Origin: a bacterium
GTDB lineage: Bacteria > SAR324 > NAC60-12
Assembly (NCBI GenBank): GCA_965233585.1
Contig: CBDDTI010000747.1
Location: 480,001 to 544,000 of the forward strand
DNA: 64,000 nt
Reading direction: 5' to 3'
Program-made: the position numbers and the translations under genes
Notes under the pieces: model-generated
Told to the model about the DNA's origin: nothing
What the model saw: only the letters and a program-made list of their open reading frames with translations
The model's database searches: none
Shown: piece by piece, positions 28,988 through 38,140 of the stretch
Numbering within the stretch: position 1 is the first letter of the stretch
Layout: every line of letters begins with the position of its first letter

Positions 28988-30046
28988 CTACGATGACACT
29001 TTGAAAATCAAGAGGTTAAGCGATTTTTGGGTCATTGGGTCTGACTGTTTGAACACACAACGGTCATGCCAGTAATGAAGCCAACCTGTCGCAATGCCAA
29101 TTCCGCTGAAAAACAAAATCCAAGATTGACTTTGCAGTAAATTTTCCAGCAAGACAAACCAATTCTCTGAAATTCTTTGCGATTGAGGGAATCCGTCAAT
29201 TTCCATCAAAGGGAACAAAGGCAAAGTTAGCAACGCCCAAAAAGCAACCCAAAACAATGCACGGGACAGTGTAAAGTCAACTTGTTTTCTGTCAAACCTC
29301 ATCATTGCTGACTTGAGACCGACGCTGACAAACCAATGTTGCAAAGTCCAAAGGATTAAAAACTTCTCTGGTGTCAAAAAAACTGATGATGCTGAAATGA
29401 GGCTGACACTTAAAAGGTAGGTATGAAAAGAAGACGACTCACCCCTTCTTTGCCAAACCACGAACAATGTTGCACCTACAATGCAAAATAGGGCTGTCGT
29501 TAGTCCAAAATCCACAACCGTTTTAGAAAAATAAGGCAACCTCCAATCAGACCAAGATTCTTGTAAAAGAGAGACTCCATGCAAAAGTTCCACTAGCATT
29601 GGTAACACTCCAACGATTCCCCAGCAAAACCATTTCACATCGCTTGAATATGATTTTTGGTACAATCTCAACATGCCATAATGCTGTGCCGCATAATGAT
29701 AAAATGAAAATAACACATCAGGGACAGCCAGAATCATCAGCCTTTGCAAAGGAGAAAGAGACAAAAGAGATGATGGTAAAAACAACCAAATCAGAGGAAA
29801 AAAGAATAAAAGCAGAGAAACTTTGAAGACTTTGAGACCAGATTGCTGGCGGACAGGTTCAAAAAAACAATTCACCCAAAAAATCCAAACTGTTGCAAAA
29901 CGATGAGAAAGCCATAACCCGACCAAACCCACCATGTAAAGCACGTTCCAAGATGTCTGAGGCAACCAAAGCACTAATGGAAACAACCACAACCCTGAAT
30001 AGAACCAAAAAAAATTCCATTTTTTTTGATAAAGAAACATCAGCAA
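28988..30046 (-). CDS. Polytopic membrane protein with His motifs
   Basis: Many TM segments; SHRFAT, YHYAAQHYG, LQHW, LHYWHD. Confidence 0.65.
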   Translation of the reverse strand: MLMFLYQKKWNFFWFYSGLWLFPLVLWLPQTSWNVLYMVGLVGLWLSHRFATVWIFWVNCFFEPVRQQSGLKVFKVSLLLFFFPLIWLFLPSSLLSLSPLQRLMILAVPDVLFSFYHYAAQHYGMLRLYQKSYSSDVKWFCWGIVGVLPMLVELLHGVSLLQESWSDWRLPYFSKTVVDFGLTTALFCIVGATLFVVWQRRGESSSFHTYLLSVSLISASSVFLTPEKFLILWTLQHWFVSVGLKSAMMRFDRKQVDFTLSRALFWVAFWALLTLPLFPLMEIDGFPQSQRISENWFVLLENLLQSQSWILFFSGIGIATGWLHYWHDRCVFKQSDPMTQKSLNLLIFKVSS

Positions 30047-30141
30047 TCTTTGATATTTGTTGACTTTTTAAGGTGGTGGACGACTTTATTCAAGTTTCTC
30101 AAAACCCACTTTAGGAATCAATCATATCATTTTTTGAAAAT

Positions 30142-31164
30142 TTAAAAAGGGATACTGACATGAAGTAATTGATATTCTTGATCCACAGTGAGTTCTTCTG
30201 GGTTTTCCTCATACCAATCTTCGGTGAGTTGCCTTGCATCTTTCTTAGTGTCAAAAGGTTCATCTTGTTCATCGTATCTTGGAGTGAGAACAAAAATCAG
30301 GAAGTTATGCCAAGCATGATACGCCACTGCCGCACTTAAATCATGTTCCTCGTCATTAGGTTGATAGATATACCCCAAATATGCCCCAATCAATCCGACA
30401 GCGACCTTCCCGCCTACGTCATATTGAGTATGTGCCAAGCCAAAAAGAGCAGCAGTTGTCCAAATCCCTAAATGACGGTTGCCCATCCATTCACCTAAGG
30501 ATTTTTGAATTCCTGCCCGAAAAACTGCCTCCTCCCCGAATCCATTTGCCATCAGGTGGTTTGCAAACGCTAGTTGTTTGTATTCATCAAAAGTTGCACC
30601 GTTCCCAAAATGGACGATTCTGTCACCCGATGATGCCGCCAAAGTACTAAACGCAATCCCTCCAATTACCAGCCAGTTGTCATACCAATGTGCCACATTC
30701 AAAGGTGCAACAACAACCTCGTAAATCTCGCTTGAGTTCTCGCAGTCATGGGCATAAATATCCCAAGCATTTCCCCAACCCATTTTAGTTGAAAAGTTAG
30801 AATAGGCTTGATAGCGCATGGTAGATTTGTTGAGGAAAGTATGAGAAGTCTGTTTGCCCTCTGCAAACTCATCTTCTTTTTCAGTGTACACGGTGGCTTT
30901 GTCTTGGAAGTCAGAGTTTTCTTTTTGCATAGAGGCGTTGATTGAGGCAGACCACCTTAAACTTGAAAAAATCAACAGCTTGTCAGGTTGCCACGTGTAA
31001 AGATACCCAACACCCGGAACCAAAGCCTCTCCAATGGAAGAGATGAAACATTCTGTCCCGCCATAGCTTCTTGCAAAGACGTTTGTTGAAACGAGGTTTG
31101 TTGAAAGAAGACTTGCAAACAAACAAATACTGGTTTTTAAGAAAGTTTGGAACGATTTTGTCAT
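30142..31164 (-). CDS. Exported CPBP-family protease-like protein
   Basis: Signal peptide; GEEAVFR, LFGLAH, HAWHN. Confidence 0.8.
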   Translation of the reverse strand: MTKSFQTFLKTSICLFASLLSTNLVSTNVFARSYGGTECFISSIGEALVPGVGYLYTWQPDKLLIFSSLRWSASINASMQKENSDFQDKATVYTEKEDEFAEGKQTSHTFLNKSTMRYQAYSNFSTKMGWGNAWDIYAHDCENSSEIYEVVVAPLNVAHWYDNWLVIGGIAFSTLAASSGDRIVHFGNGATFDEYKQLAFANHLMANGFGEEAVFRAGIQKSLGEWMGNRHLGIWTTAALFGLAHTQYDVGGKVAVGLIGAYLGYIYQPNDEEHDLSAAVAYHAWHNFLIFVLTPRYDEQDEPFDTKKDARQLTEDWYEENPEELTVDQEYQLLHVSIPF

Positions 31165-31230
31165 GGTTTTCCTTAATTTTTGGGTTAAATGCTGATTTTT
31201 AGAAAAGTTTGGAATGGTTGGTGATTATTG

Positions 31231-32697
31231 TCAACTTCGTTTTTTCTTGCGGACTTCATTCACAGACCCTTGAATAGAGGCACGTAAATGTTCTACTTTG
31301 CGTCGTAAAATGTCGTTGGTTGCAAGTTCTTCTTCCAACTTTTTGATGGAAGTGTGCATCGCACTATGAGAACGTCCTAATGGCATACTGATTTCATTGA
31401 GAGTGAGGTCAGTCATCTGACGAGCTAAATAGGCATAGATGTTTCGTGCTTCAGTCAATCGGTCTCCCCTTTTTTTAGAACAAACATCAGCTTCTAACAG
31501 AGAGGCATTTTCACAAATTTTTTGTAAAATGGTCTTGATGTGCAGGTCAGATGGTTGTTCAGCTGGAGTGTCAAAGACTTGAAGTTCATTCCGCACCATT
31601 TCTGTTGTGATTTGTCTGTTGAGTAAAGAAGAATGGGCATTGAGACGGATCAAGGCTTGCCTGATCTTTCTCATATCTCCTACGGCAGACTTGGCAACCA
31701 ACTGACAAATATGAACAGGCAGAGAAAACCCAAGCCGTTTGGCAATTTGTTTGACACATTCTAACCTCGTTTTGAAGTCAGGCGTGTCTATTTGAGCCAC
31801 CAAACCAGACTCCAGCTTAGAAACCAGCTCATAACGACAATCTGTAAAATCACTGGGCTTCTTGACACATGAGGCAATCACTTGCTTTCTTTTTTGCAAC
31901 AGTTCGCTAATCGTGTGCAAAAGCTCTTCTTGACAGGCGTTTTTCCCTTGTAAAATCTGCAACCCATCTAAAATCAAAACATCACATTGCCTATACTTTT
32001 TGCGAAACTCCTCCATTTGCTTCTTTTGCAAAGACATCAAAAATGTATTGAGAAAATTTTCTGCATGGGTGTATTCAATCCGTAACGAAGGCTGCTCTTG
32101 CATCAGTCCAAGACCAATACTTTCAAGCAAATGAGTCTTACCTACTCCATGAACACCATGAATGATGAGCGGGTTGTAATGATGTTGATGATACACAAGA
32201 CTTTTTGCCGCTTTGTAAGCTAACTGGTTGGACTCTCCAACTGCAAAATTTTCAAATGTATGTTCCACATGAAAGGGTGCATACGCCTCTGGTTCAGGCT
32301 TTGACGTAAATTCTTTGACGCGGTCTGTCAACTCTGGCGAAAGAGATGCAACCTGTTTGGCTTTCTCTTCTGAAGCAGTTGGTTCAAGGAAAGGAAGGGA
32401 TTCTTGATGAACAGCCACTTTTTTAGGGTGTTGATACTCACCCAAACAATACTCAATTTTTTTTGATTTAAAGGGCGCTTTTTCAGGAAAAATCACCTCC
32501 AATGCCTCACGAACTTTATCGTCATAATGCACCGTAATGTAGTCTCTAAAAATAGGATTGGAGAACCCACAAATAACAAACTTCCTTGGGGAAACTTCTA
32601 CCAAATTTAAACTCTCAATCCATGCAAAATCCCCTTCAGATTCCAGATGCGTCCGCAAATATTGCTTGAAAAGAGAGATTTTTTTTTGAAGATCCAT
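31231..32697 (-). CDS. DnaA-family protein (divergent paralog, all four domains)
   Basis: TFENFAVGESNQLAY, YNPLIIHG..GVGKTHLL, QEE..HT, domain IV KKR...ARNI..YLAR..T.LTL.EI. Likely start ATG 32697. Confidence 0.85.
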   Translation of the reverse strand: MDLQKKISLFKQYLRTHLESEGDFAWIESLNLVEVSPRKFVICGFSNPIFRDYITVHYDDKVREALEVIFPEKAPFKSKKIEYCLGEYQHPKKVAVHQESLPFLEPTASEEKAKQVASLSPELTDRVKEFTSKPEPEAYAPFHVEHTFENFAVGESNQLAYKAAKSLVYHQHHYNPLIIHGVHGVGKTHLLESIGLGLMQEQPSLRIEYTHAENFLNTFLMSLQKKQMEEFRKKYRQCDVLILDGLQILQGKNACQEELLHTISELLQKRKQVIASCVKKPSDFTDCRYELVSKLESGLVAQIDTPDFKTRLECVKQIAKRLGFSLPVHICQLVAKSAVGDMRKIRQALIRLNAHSSLLNRQITTEMVRNELQVFDTPAEQPSDLHIKTILQKICENASLLEADVCSKKRGDRLTEARNIYAYLARQMTDLTLNEISMPLGRSHSAMHTSIKKLEEELATNDILRRKVEHLRASIQGSVNEVRKKKRS

Positions 32698-32899
32698 GGA
32701 AATTTGAAAACAAAGGAATCCATTCCATTTGAAAGAAACGGATTTGAAAAAACTGATGAAACAGCGAATCAAAGATTCAAAAGCATGAAACAAAGACAGA
32801 TAGAAGAATATACGGCAACGGGAAGTCAAAATCAATACAAAAGATAGCCTGAATAATGAAAGACTTACCAGTAAACTATTGATTTTTAATCACTATTTT

Positions 32900-34420
32900 T
32901 TAACTTGAAAAGAAACGAAGGCAAGACTTCAAAAACTTGGAAGAAGGCTTAAAAGAGTCCACATAACTGCGTGAAACAGGTCTAAAAAATGCAAGAATTG
33001 ACCCATAAATGACAATGCCCAAAAGAATCAATATGGGGATACGATAAATGGGTAGCAATGCAATCCATGAGCGAATCCAAGCTAAAATGAATCCCATGCA
33101 AAAGATAGCAATCCCAATTTTGAATAAAAAAAGATGGGAACGTCCACCCAAAAAAAATGACCGCATACGATAAGTCTCGTAACACGAAACTCCAAGACTG
33201 GTGAAAAGTGTTGCCAGTGCAATGCCTTGACTTTGATAACTGGTGACCAAGAACAAACTCAAAGCAACTTTGCATGCTAGAAAGAACAGACGAGAACAGA
33301 TGAGTTCTTTCATCAGGTTGATGCTCATCATAAAAGAGGAGTTGACTGTCCAAATTTGTCGGATTGCAAAATGTATAAAAAACAGCTGTAAGAAAAAAGT
33401 GGCAGGTAGAAACTCTTGTCCATACAGCAATAAGATGAGGTCTTCAGCAAGAATGAATCCACCTGCGGCAATCGGTAAGCCCAACAAATAGGTATATTCC
33501 AATGTTCCTGTATAAATTTTTTGTAATCCTTCAAAATTTTGCTTCTGATACGTTTCAGACACCAATGCAGGTAAAAAACCCCCTTGCAATGCTGTCTGAA
33601 AAAAACCTGACGAAAACAAAGCCAAGTTAAATGCCAGCACATAAAAAGTGACTTCTCTTGCATCAGAGCTGAACATGCCCAGCAAAAGCGTGTCTCCCGT
33701 TTTTTCCAATGCGTGCAAGGTTAAGATGTACAAAAAAAATCCAAAAGCATACCGATTCAACTCTGGAATTTGAGAACGTTGAAAATAGACCCGCTTTGCA
33801 AAGACATCACGCCTTTGGGAAAAAAACCACATTGCCAAAAGCAGAGATTTAGAAAGCAACATGAGGCTTAAAAGAACTGTGATGTCTGCACCCAAAAAAA
33901 GCCCCAGCACTGCACCTGCTAGATACAAACTGAACGTGATGCCTTCTGCCAACGTGATGAGTCTCTGGCAAAATCGGATTGATAACACTCTTCGCATCGT
34001 CTCATGTAACCCATTGAGAACAAACAGCGCTAGGGCAATCCTCAACCACAATGCACTATCTGGCTGATTTTGCACAAACAGTTCACCTAATTCTTCTGCA
34101 AGGAAAGCACAAAAGACCCCAACACCAAGCATCACTAAGATTTGCACTTGAAGTGCATACTGAATCAAACCTAATTCTTGAGATTTTGAACCATGCAAAC
34201 GAAGTTGCGGACAAAAGCGGACAAGCACTCCCTCTATTCCCAAAGAAGTCGTGACCACCAGCACCGTTTGAAAGTTCAGGACAATCGCAAGGATTCCATA
34301 GTCAGAAGCCCCCATTAAACGAGCTAATAAAATGGATTCACTGAAACGTGCAAAAATCAGAAATCCCCTACCCAGAAAATCCCACGTCATCGCATGAAAC
34401 ACTTGATTGGCAAGACGCAT
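32900..34420 (-). CDS. Wzx-like polysaccharide flippase
   Basis: 12-14 TM segments; LARLMG..DYG and LLYG.EF..A MOP-family motifs. Confidence 0.85.
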   Translation of the reverse strand: MRLANQVFHAMTWDFLGRGFLIFARFSESILLARLMGASDYGILAIVLNFQTVLVVTTSLGIEGVLVRFCPQLRLHGSKSQELGLIQYALQVQILVMLGVGVFCAFLAEELGELFVQNQPDSALWLRIALALFVLNGLHETMRRVLSIRFCQRLITLAEGITFSLYLAGAVLGLFLGADITVLLSLMLLSKSLLLAMWFFSQRRDVFAKRVYFQRSQIPELNRYAFGFFLYILTLHALEKTGDTLLLGMFSSDAREVTFYVLAFNLALFSSGFFQTALQGGFLPALVSETYQKQNFEGLQKIYTGTLEYTYLLGLPIAAGGFILAEDLILLLYGQEFLPATFFLQLFFIHFAIRQIWTVNSSFMMSINLMKELICSRLFFLACKVALSLFLVTSYQSQGIALATLFTSLGVSCYETYRMRSFFLGGRSHLFLFKIGIAIFCMGFILAWIRSWIALLPIYRIPILILLGIVIYGSILAFFRPVSRSYVDSFKPSSKFLKSCLRFFSS

Positions 34421-34514
34421 CAGGATTTTTCAAGTCTTGATAAATTGAGAAGAGACGAAAAATTTGCCTTGATTCTCATTTTCCCTCATTTTTGAACAAG
34501 TAAAACTGCAAAAA

Positions 34515-35630
34515 TTAGACATAATGCCTTGGAAGGCGTTCATTGAGTCTGACAAGGATTTCATAAGGAATGGTCTGGGCGAGCGATGCTAATTCTTCTA
34601 CAGTGATTTGTTGTTGTTGGGAGTTGCCAATCAAGATGACTTCATCGCCATTATATGCAGAATCCCAACCCAGATTGACCATCATTTGATCCATACAAAT
34701 CGCACCTACAATCGGATAACGTTTTCCATGAATCAGGACTTTGCCACAGTTGGACAAAGCCCGGGGAAGGCCGTCTCCGTAACCGATGGGCAAGGTGAGT
34801 AGTCTGGTAGTTTCGGGGGCTTGCCAAGTGCCACCATAGCCAACTTCAGAACCTTCATTGATGACTTTGAAATAGACAACTTTAGTGTGTAAGGAAAGAG
34901 CAGGTTGCAGGTCTAGTGTTTTTGGAAAGTCTTGGCACGGATAGATGCCATAAAGAATGATGCCCGGTCTCACCATGTCCAAATGGGTTTCAGGAGAGGT
35001 AAGTATGGCGGAAGAATTGGCAAGGTGTCTGATGGGAGTCGGTGCAGAAAGTTTGTCAAAGTGAGAACAAACGTCTTGGAAGATGTCTAGCTGCTGCTTC
35101 GTTTTTGGAGACTTGGGGGTGTCTGCTTCTGCAAGGTGAGAAAAGATGCCGCAAATTTCAACATGCTTTGCCTTCAACGCTTCTTCAATCAATGTTCTGG
35201 CAGAATGCTGATGCACGCCAATTCGTTCCATGCCTGTATCTACTTTCAGATGAATCTTGGCAATTTGGCAGGCATGCTTGGCTTCTTCGTTGATTTGATG
35301 CAATTTGTCAACAGAAGACGCTGTGATTTGTAGGTTGTGTTGCAGATATTGGAATAGTTGTGATTTGAGAAGTCCGCCCATGACGAGAATCGGCAGAGAC
35401 ACTCCCGCTTTCCGTAGTGCGATGCCTTCTTCCAAATAAGCGACTCCCAGTTGAGATGCCCCGTATTGCTCAAAAGCTAATGCTGTTTGTGTCAATCCAT
35501 GCCCGTAAGCATTGGCTTTCACAATAGCCATGACCTGACAGCCTTTTGCCACCTGCTGTATTTGAGACAAGTTGTGCTTGAGTGCTTGTAAGCTGATTTG
35601 CAGGTAGGAAGGTCGTGAATCAAATGTCAT
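34515..35630 (-). CDS. alr: Alanine racemase
   Basis: AIVKANAYGHG, HLKVDTGMER.G, IGYGDG, CMDQ. Confidence 0.97.
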   Translation of the reverse strand: MTFDSRPSYLQISLQALKHNLSQIQQVAKGCQVMAIVKANAYGHGLTQTALAFEQYGASQLGVAYLEEGIALRKAGVSLPILVMGGLLKSQLFQYLQHNLQITASSVDKLHQINEEAKHACQIAKIHLKVDTGMERIGVHQHSARTLIEEALKAKHVEICGIFSHLAEADTPKSPKTKQQLDIFQDVCSHFDKLSAPTPIRHLANSSAILTSPETHLDMVRPGIILYGIYPCQDFPKTLDLQPALSLHTKVVYFKVINEGSEVGYGGTWQAPETTRLLTLPIGYGDGLPRALSNCGKVLIHGKRYPIVGAICMDQMMVNLGWDSAYNGDEVILIGNSQQQQITVEELASLAQTIPYEILVRLNERLPRHYV

Positions 35631-35980
35631 CAAGCACCAGTGTTATCAATAACGAAACATCAATGACCAAACCCGAAAAATTGAATAAAAATAACAAAGC
35701 CAATGCCAAAACCATTGAATAGCTTGAAAATCAAAAAGATCCTAAAAAAGATTTTAAAAAATGCAACTTGTAACGTCTTTTTGAAAAATCATCAAAACAG
35801 AATCTTAGACAAACTGCTTTCAAAGTTCAAGTCATTTTTGGTGCAACTTTTTTGGTGCAATGTTTTGACAATGACCACTCGTTTAATGCTTTCCCATTCA
35901 CACTTCTTTGAAGTTCAAAAAACCAGCGGCTTGTTGCTGGCAGGCTTAGCCTGACGGGGTAGTTTGGGAAAAAGACAAGA

Positions 35981-36456
35981 GAGATTGCGGGTCAAGCCCT
36001 GCAATAACGGTTGTAGAGAGATTGCGGGTCAAGGTCAGCGATAACAGTTTTCAAGGTGGCAAAATCCTCCCGTCATTCCGTGCTTGACACGGAATCTATC
36101 ACCAAACCAAGCATGGATTCCTGCTTTTGCAAGAATGACAACTTTTGTCATTTTGAACTTGATTCAGAATCTATCACCAAACCAAGCATGGATTCCTGCT
36201 TTTGCAAGAATGACAACTTTTGTCATTCTGTGCTTGACACAGAATCTCAAAAAACAACGGAAGCGATTAAGAACTTTCTTGAGATTGCAGGTCAAGATGA
36301 GCAATGACAGTTCTCAAAGTGAGCAAACTCCTCTGTCATTCCGTGCTTGACACAGAATCTCAAAAAAAGGAATTGTTGGAAAAAAACAAGATGAGATTGC
36401 GGGTCAAGCCCGCAATGACGGTTGTGTAGAGATTGTGGGTCAAGGTGAGCAATGAT
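35981..36456. repeat. Cluster of 11 REP-like palindromes (BIME-like mosaic)
   Basis: Units start at about 35981, 36018, 36072, 36114, 36147, 36189, 36222, 36281, 36335, 36393 and 36429, in both orientations. A 75-bp period runs 36072/36147/36222. Confidence 0.92.
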
Positions 36457-36514
36457 CAAAAAACAAGCCAGCGGGTAATGAAAAGTAAGGTTTGGTTCTT
36501 GAGTAAGAAGAAAC

Positions 36515-36549
36515 CACCCCGCTTGGTCATTCAAGCGAGGTGTTTTTTT
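36515..36549. terminator. Probable bidirectional intrinsic terminator downstream of the Kelch gene
   Basis: CACCCCGCTTG-GTCATT-CAAGCGAGGTG with a T run after it on + and GTTTCTTCTT after it on -. Confidence 0.65.
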
Positions 36550-36578
36550 AGAGAAGATGAGTTGACGTGAGGCGGAAT

Positions 36579-37914
36579 TTAGGGACCAAATTCCCAAACA
36601 TCGTTTTTATTGTCACCACCAATGCTACCACTTCCTCCTAGCACCCAGATTTTGTTGTTAAACAGGATGCTTGTGTGTCCAGCACGAGCAGACCAACCTG
36701 CTGAATCTGTGCTTTGAGTCCAATTCTTGCCATCAGAAGAACTCCAAACATCGTTTTTCCTGCCACCATCATTTCCGCCTAGCACCCAGATTTTGTTGTT
36801 GAACGCAACGCTTCTGTGAAACCCACGAGCAGACCAACCTGCTGCAGAAGTTTCTTTTGTCCAATTCTTACCATCAGAAGAACTCCAAACATCGTTTTTC
36901 TTGTTGCTAGTAGTAAATCCTCCTAGCACCCAGATTTTGTTGTTGAACACGACGCTTGCGTGTCCAGTACGAGCAGACCAACCTGCTGAAGAAGTTTCTT
37001 TTGTCCAATTCTTACCATCAGAAGAACTCCAAACATCGTTTTTGTTGCCACCATCAGAACCTCCTAGTACCCAGATTTTGTTGTTGAACGCAATGCTTGT
37101 GTGTCCAGTACGAGCAGACCAACCTGCTGAAGAAGTTTCTTTTGTCCAAGTTTTACCATCAGAAGAACTCCAAACATCGTTTTTCCTGCTACCATCATCT
37201 CCTCCTAGCACCCAGATTTTGTTATTAAACACAAAGTTTGTGTGCATAGAACGAGCAGACCAACCTGCTGAAGAGGTTTCTTTTGTCCAATTCTTACCAT
37301 CAGAAGAACTCCAAACATCGTTTTTGTTGCCACCATCAGAACCTCCTATGACCCAGATTTTGTTGTTGAACACAACGCTTGTGTGTCCAGCACGAGCAGA
37401 CCAACCTGCTGAAGAGACGATTTGTTTCCAAGTGTATTTGGAAATGTCAAGTTCGTTGTTGACCACTGTAAAATCCCAGTTTGATTCTTTTCTCAAGATG
37501 TTGAACTTGAGTTGCCCCTTGCCTGCTGTAACTCCTGTGAGCTTCAACTTGGCTTGAAATTTTTCTTGTTTGGGTAAGGTGTGGGTGAGTTTTCCGCTTT
37601 GACCGACTGTCTCTTTTTCTCCAACGACCAGTTTCAAGGAAGTCAAACTTTCATCGTAAGTGATGCTTAATTTTTTACCTTGATAGGTTTTTGATGCGGT
37701 GCAGGTGAGGTTGGCAACCAGTTCTTGACCTGTTGTCAAAGAATTGCCAGAGGAGACCTCGCAGGTGGCTTGATTCTGGGTGTTTTCCTCTTCCTCTTCT
37801 TCAGCAGGCGGTGTGCAACCTGCTAAGACCAGAAGTGTCAAGAAAACGATTATCTTGTCATAAAAAGCCCCCCCCTGACAATCGGGATTGAATGGATTTG
37901 ATTTGTTCTAACAT
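36579..37914 (-). CDS. Kelch-like six-repeat lipoprotein, frameshifted at a G8 tract in the signal peptide
   Basis: AAGGAG then ATG 37914. With G8 the frame stops after 18 codons. G7 joins it to the ORF at 37841 (…IIVFLTLLVLAG-C). Six GWSAR..H....NNKIWV.GG....NDVW repeats. Confidence 0.8.
36594..37415 (-). repeat. Six intragenic tandem repeats, 141-bp period (one 144 bp)
   Basis: ACGAGCAGACCAACCTGCTG at 36684, 36825, 36969, 37110, 37251 and 37392. Confidence 0.95.
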
Positions 37915-38140
37915 AAAAATCTCCTTATGGTAGTGGTTAAATAAAAAAGAACAAAAACAAGGTGACGATTTTAGCAAATTTTCAAAAACAAATGCAACTT
38001 TTAAAAAACAAAGAAAGGATTTTTGAGAAATTTGACACTTCAGGGCTTTTTGACTTTCTTTCAGTGGCTTCTTGCTTGCTTTTCTCTTGCAAAATTAGAC
38101 ACAATAGAGGGTTTCGCATTTTTAACAGATTGTAGAAGGT

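Noticed and set aside
32698..32900. oriC near the DnaA-like gene
   Set aside because: No cluster of TTATCCACA-like boxes seen on either side of the gene.
35981..36456. CRISPR array
   Set aside because: Units occur in both orientations, intervening sequences are repeated rather than unique, and no cas genes are present.
36056..36597. Track ORFs 36056-36307, 36084-36350 and 36292-36597 (also 517-771 and the 768-947 extension)
   Set aside because: They are translations of the palindromic repeats or flanking AT-rich DNA, with no RBS or protein-like features.
36594..37415. Diversity-generating retroelement TR/VR pair
   Set aside because: No reverse transcriptase in the window; the repeats are tandem and intragenic, and differences include indels and non-adenine changes.
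36901..37557. 218-aa repetitive ORF on the plus strand
   Set aside because: Antisense shadow of the Kelch repeats; a stop-free unit repeated in tandem gives a long frame trivially.
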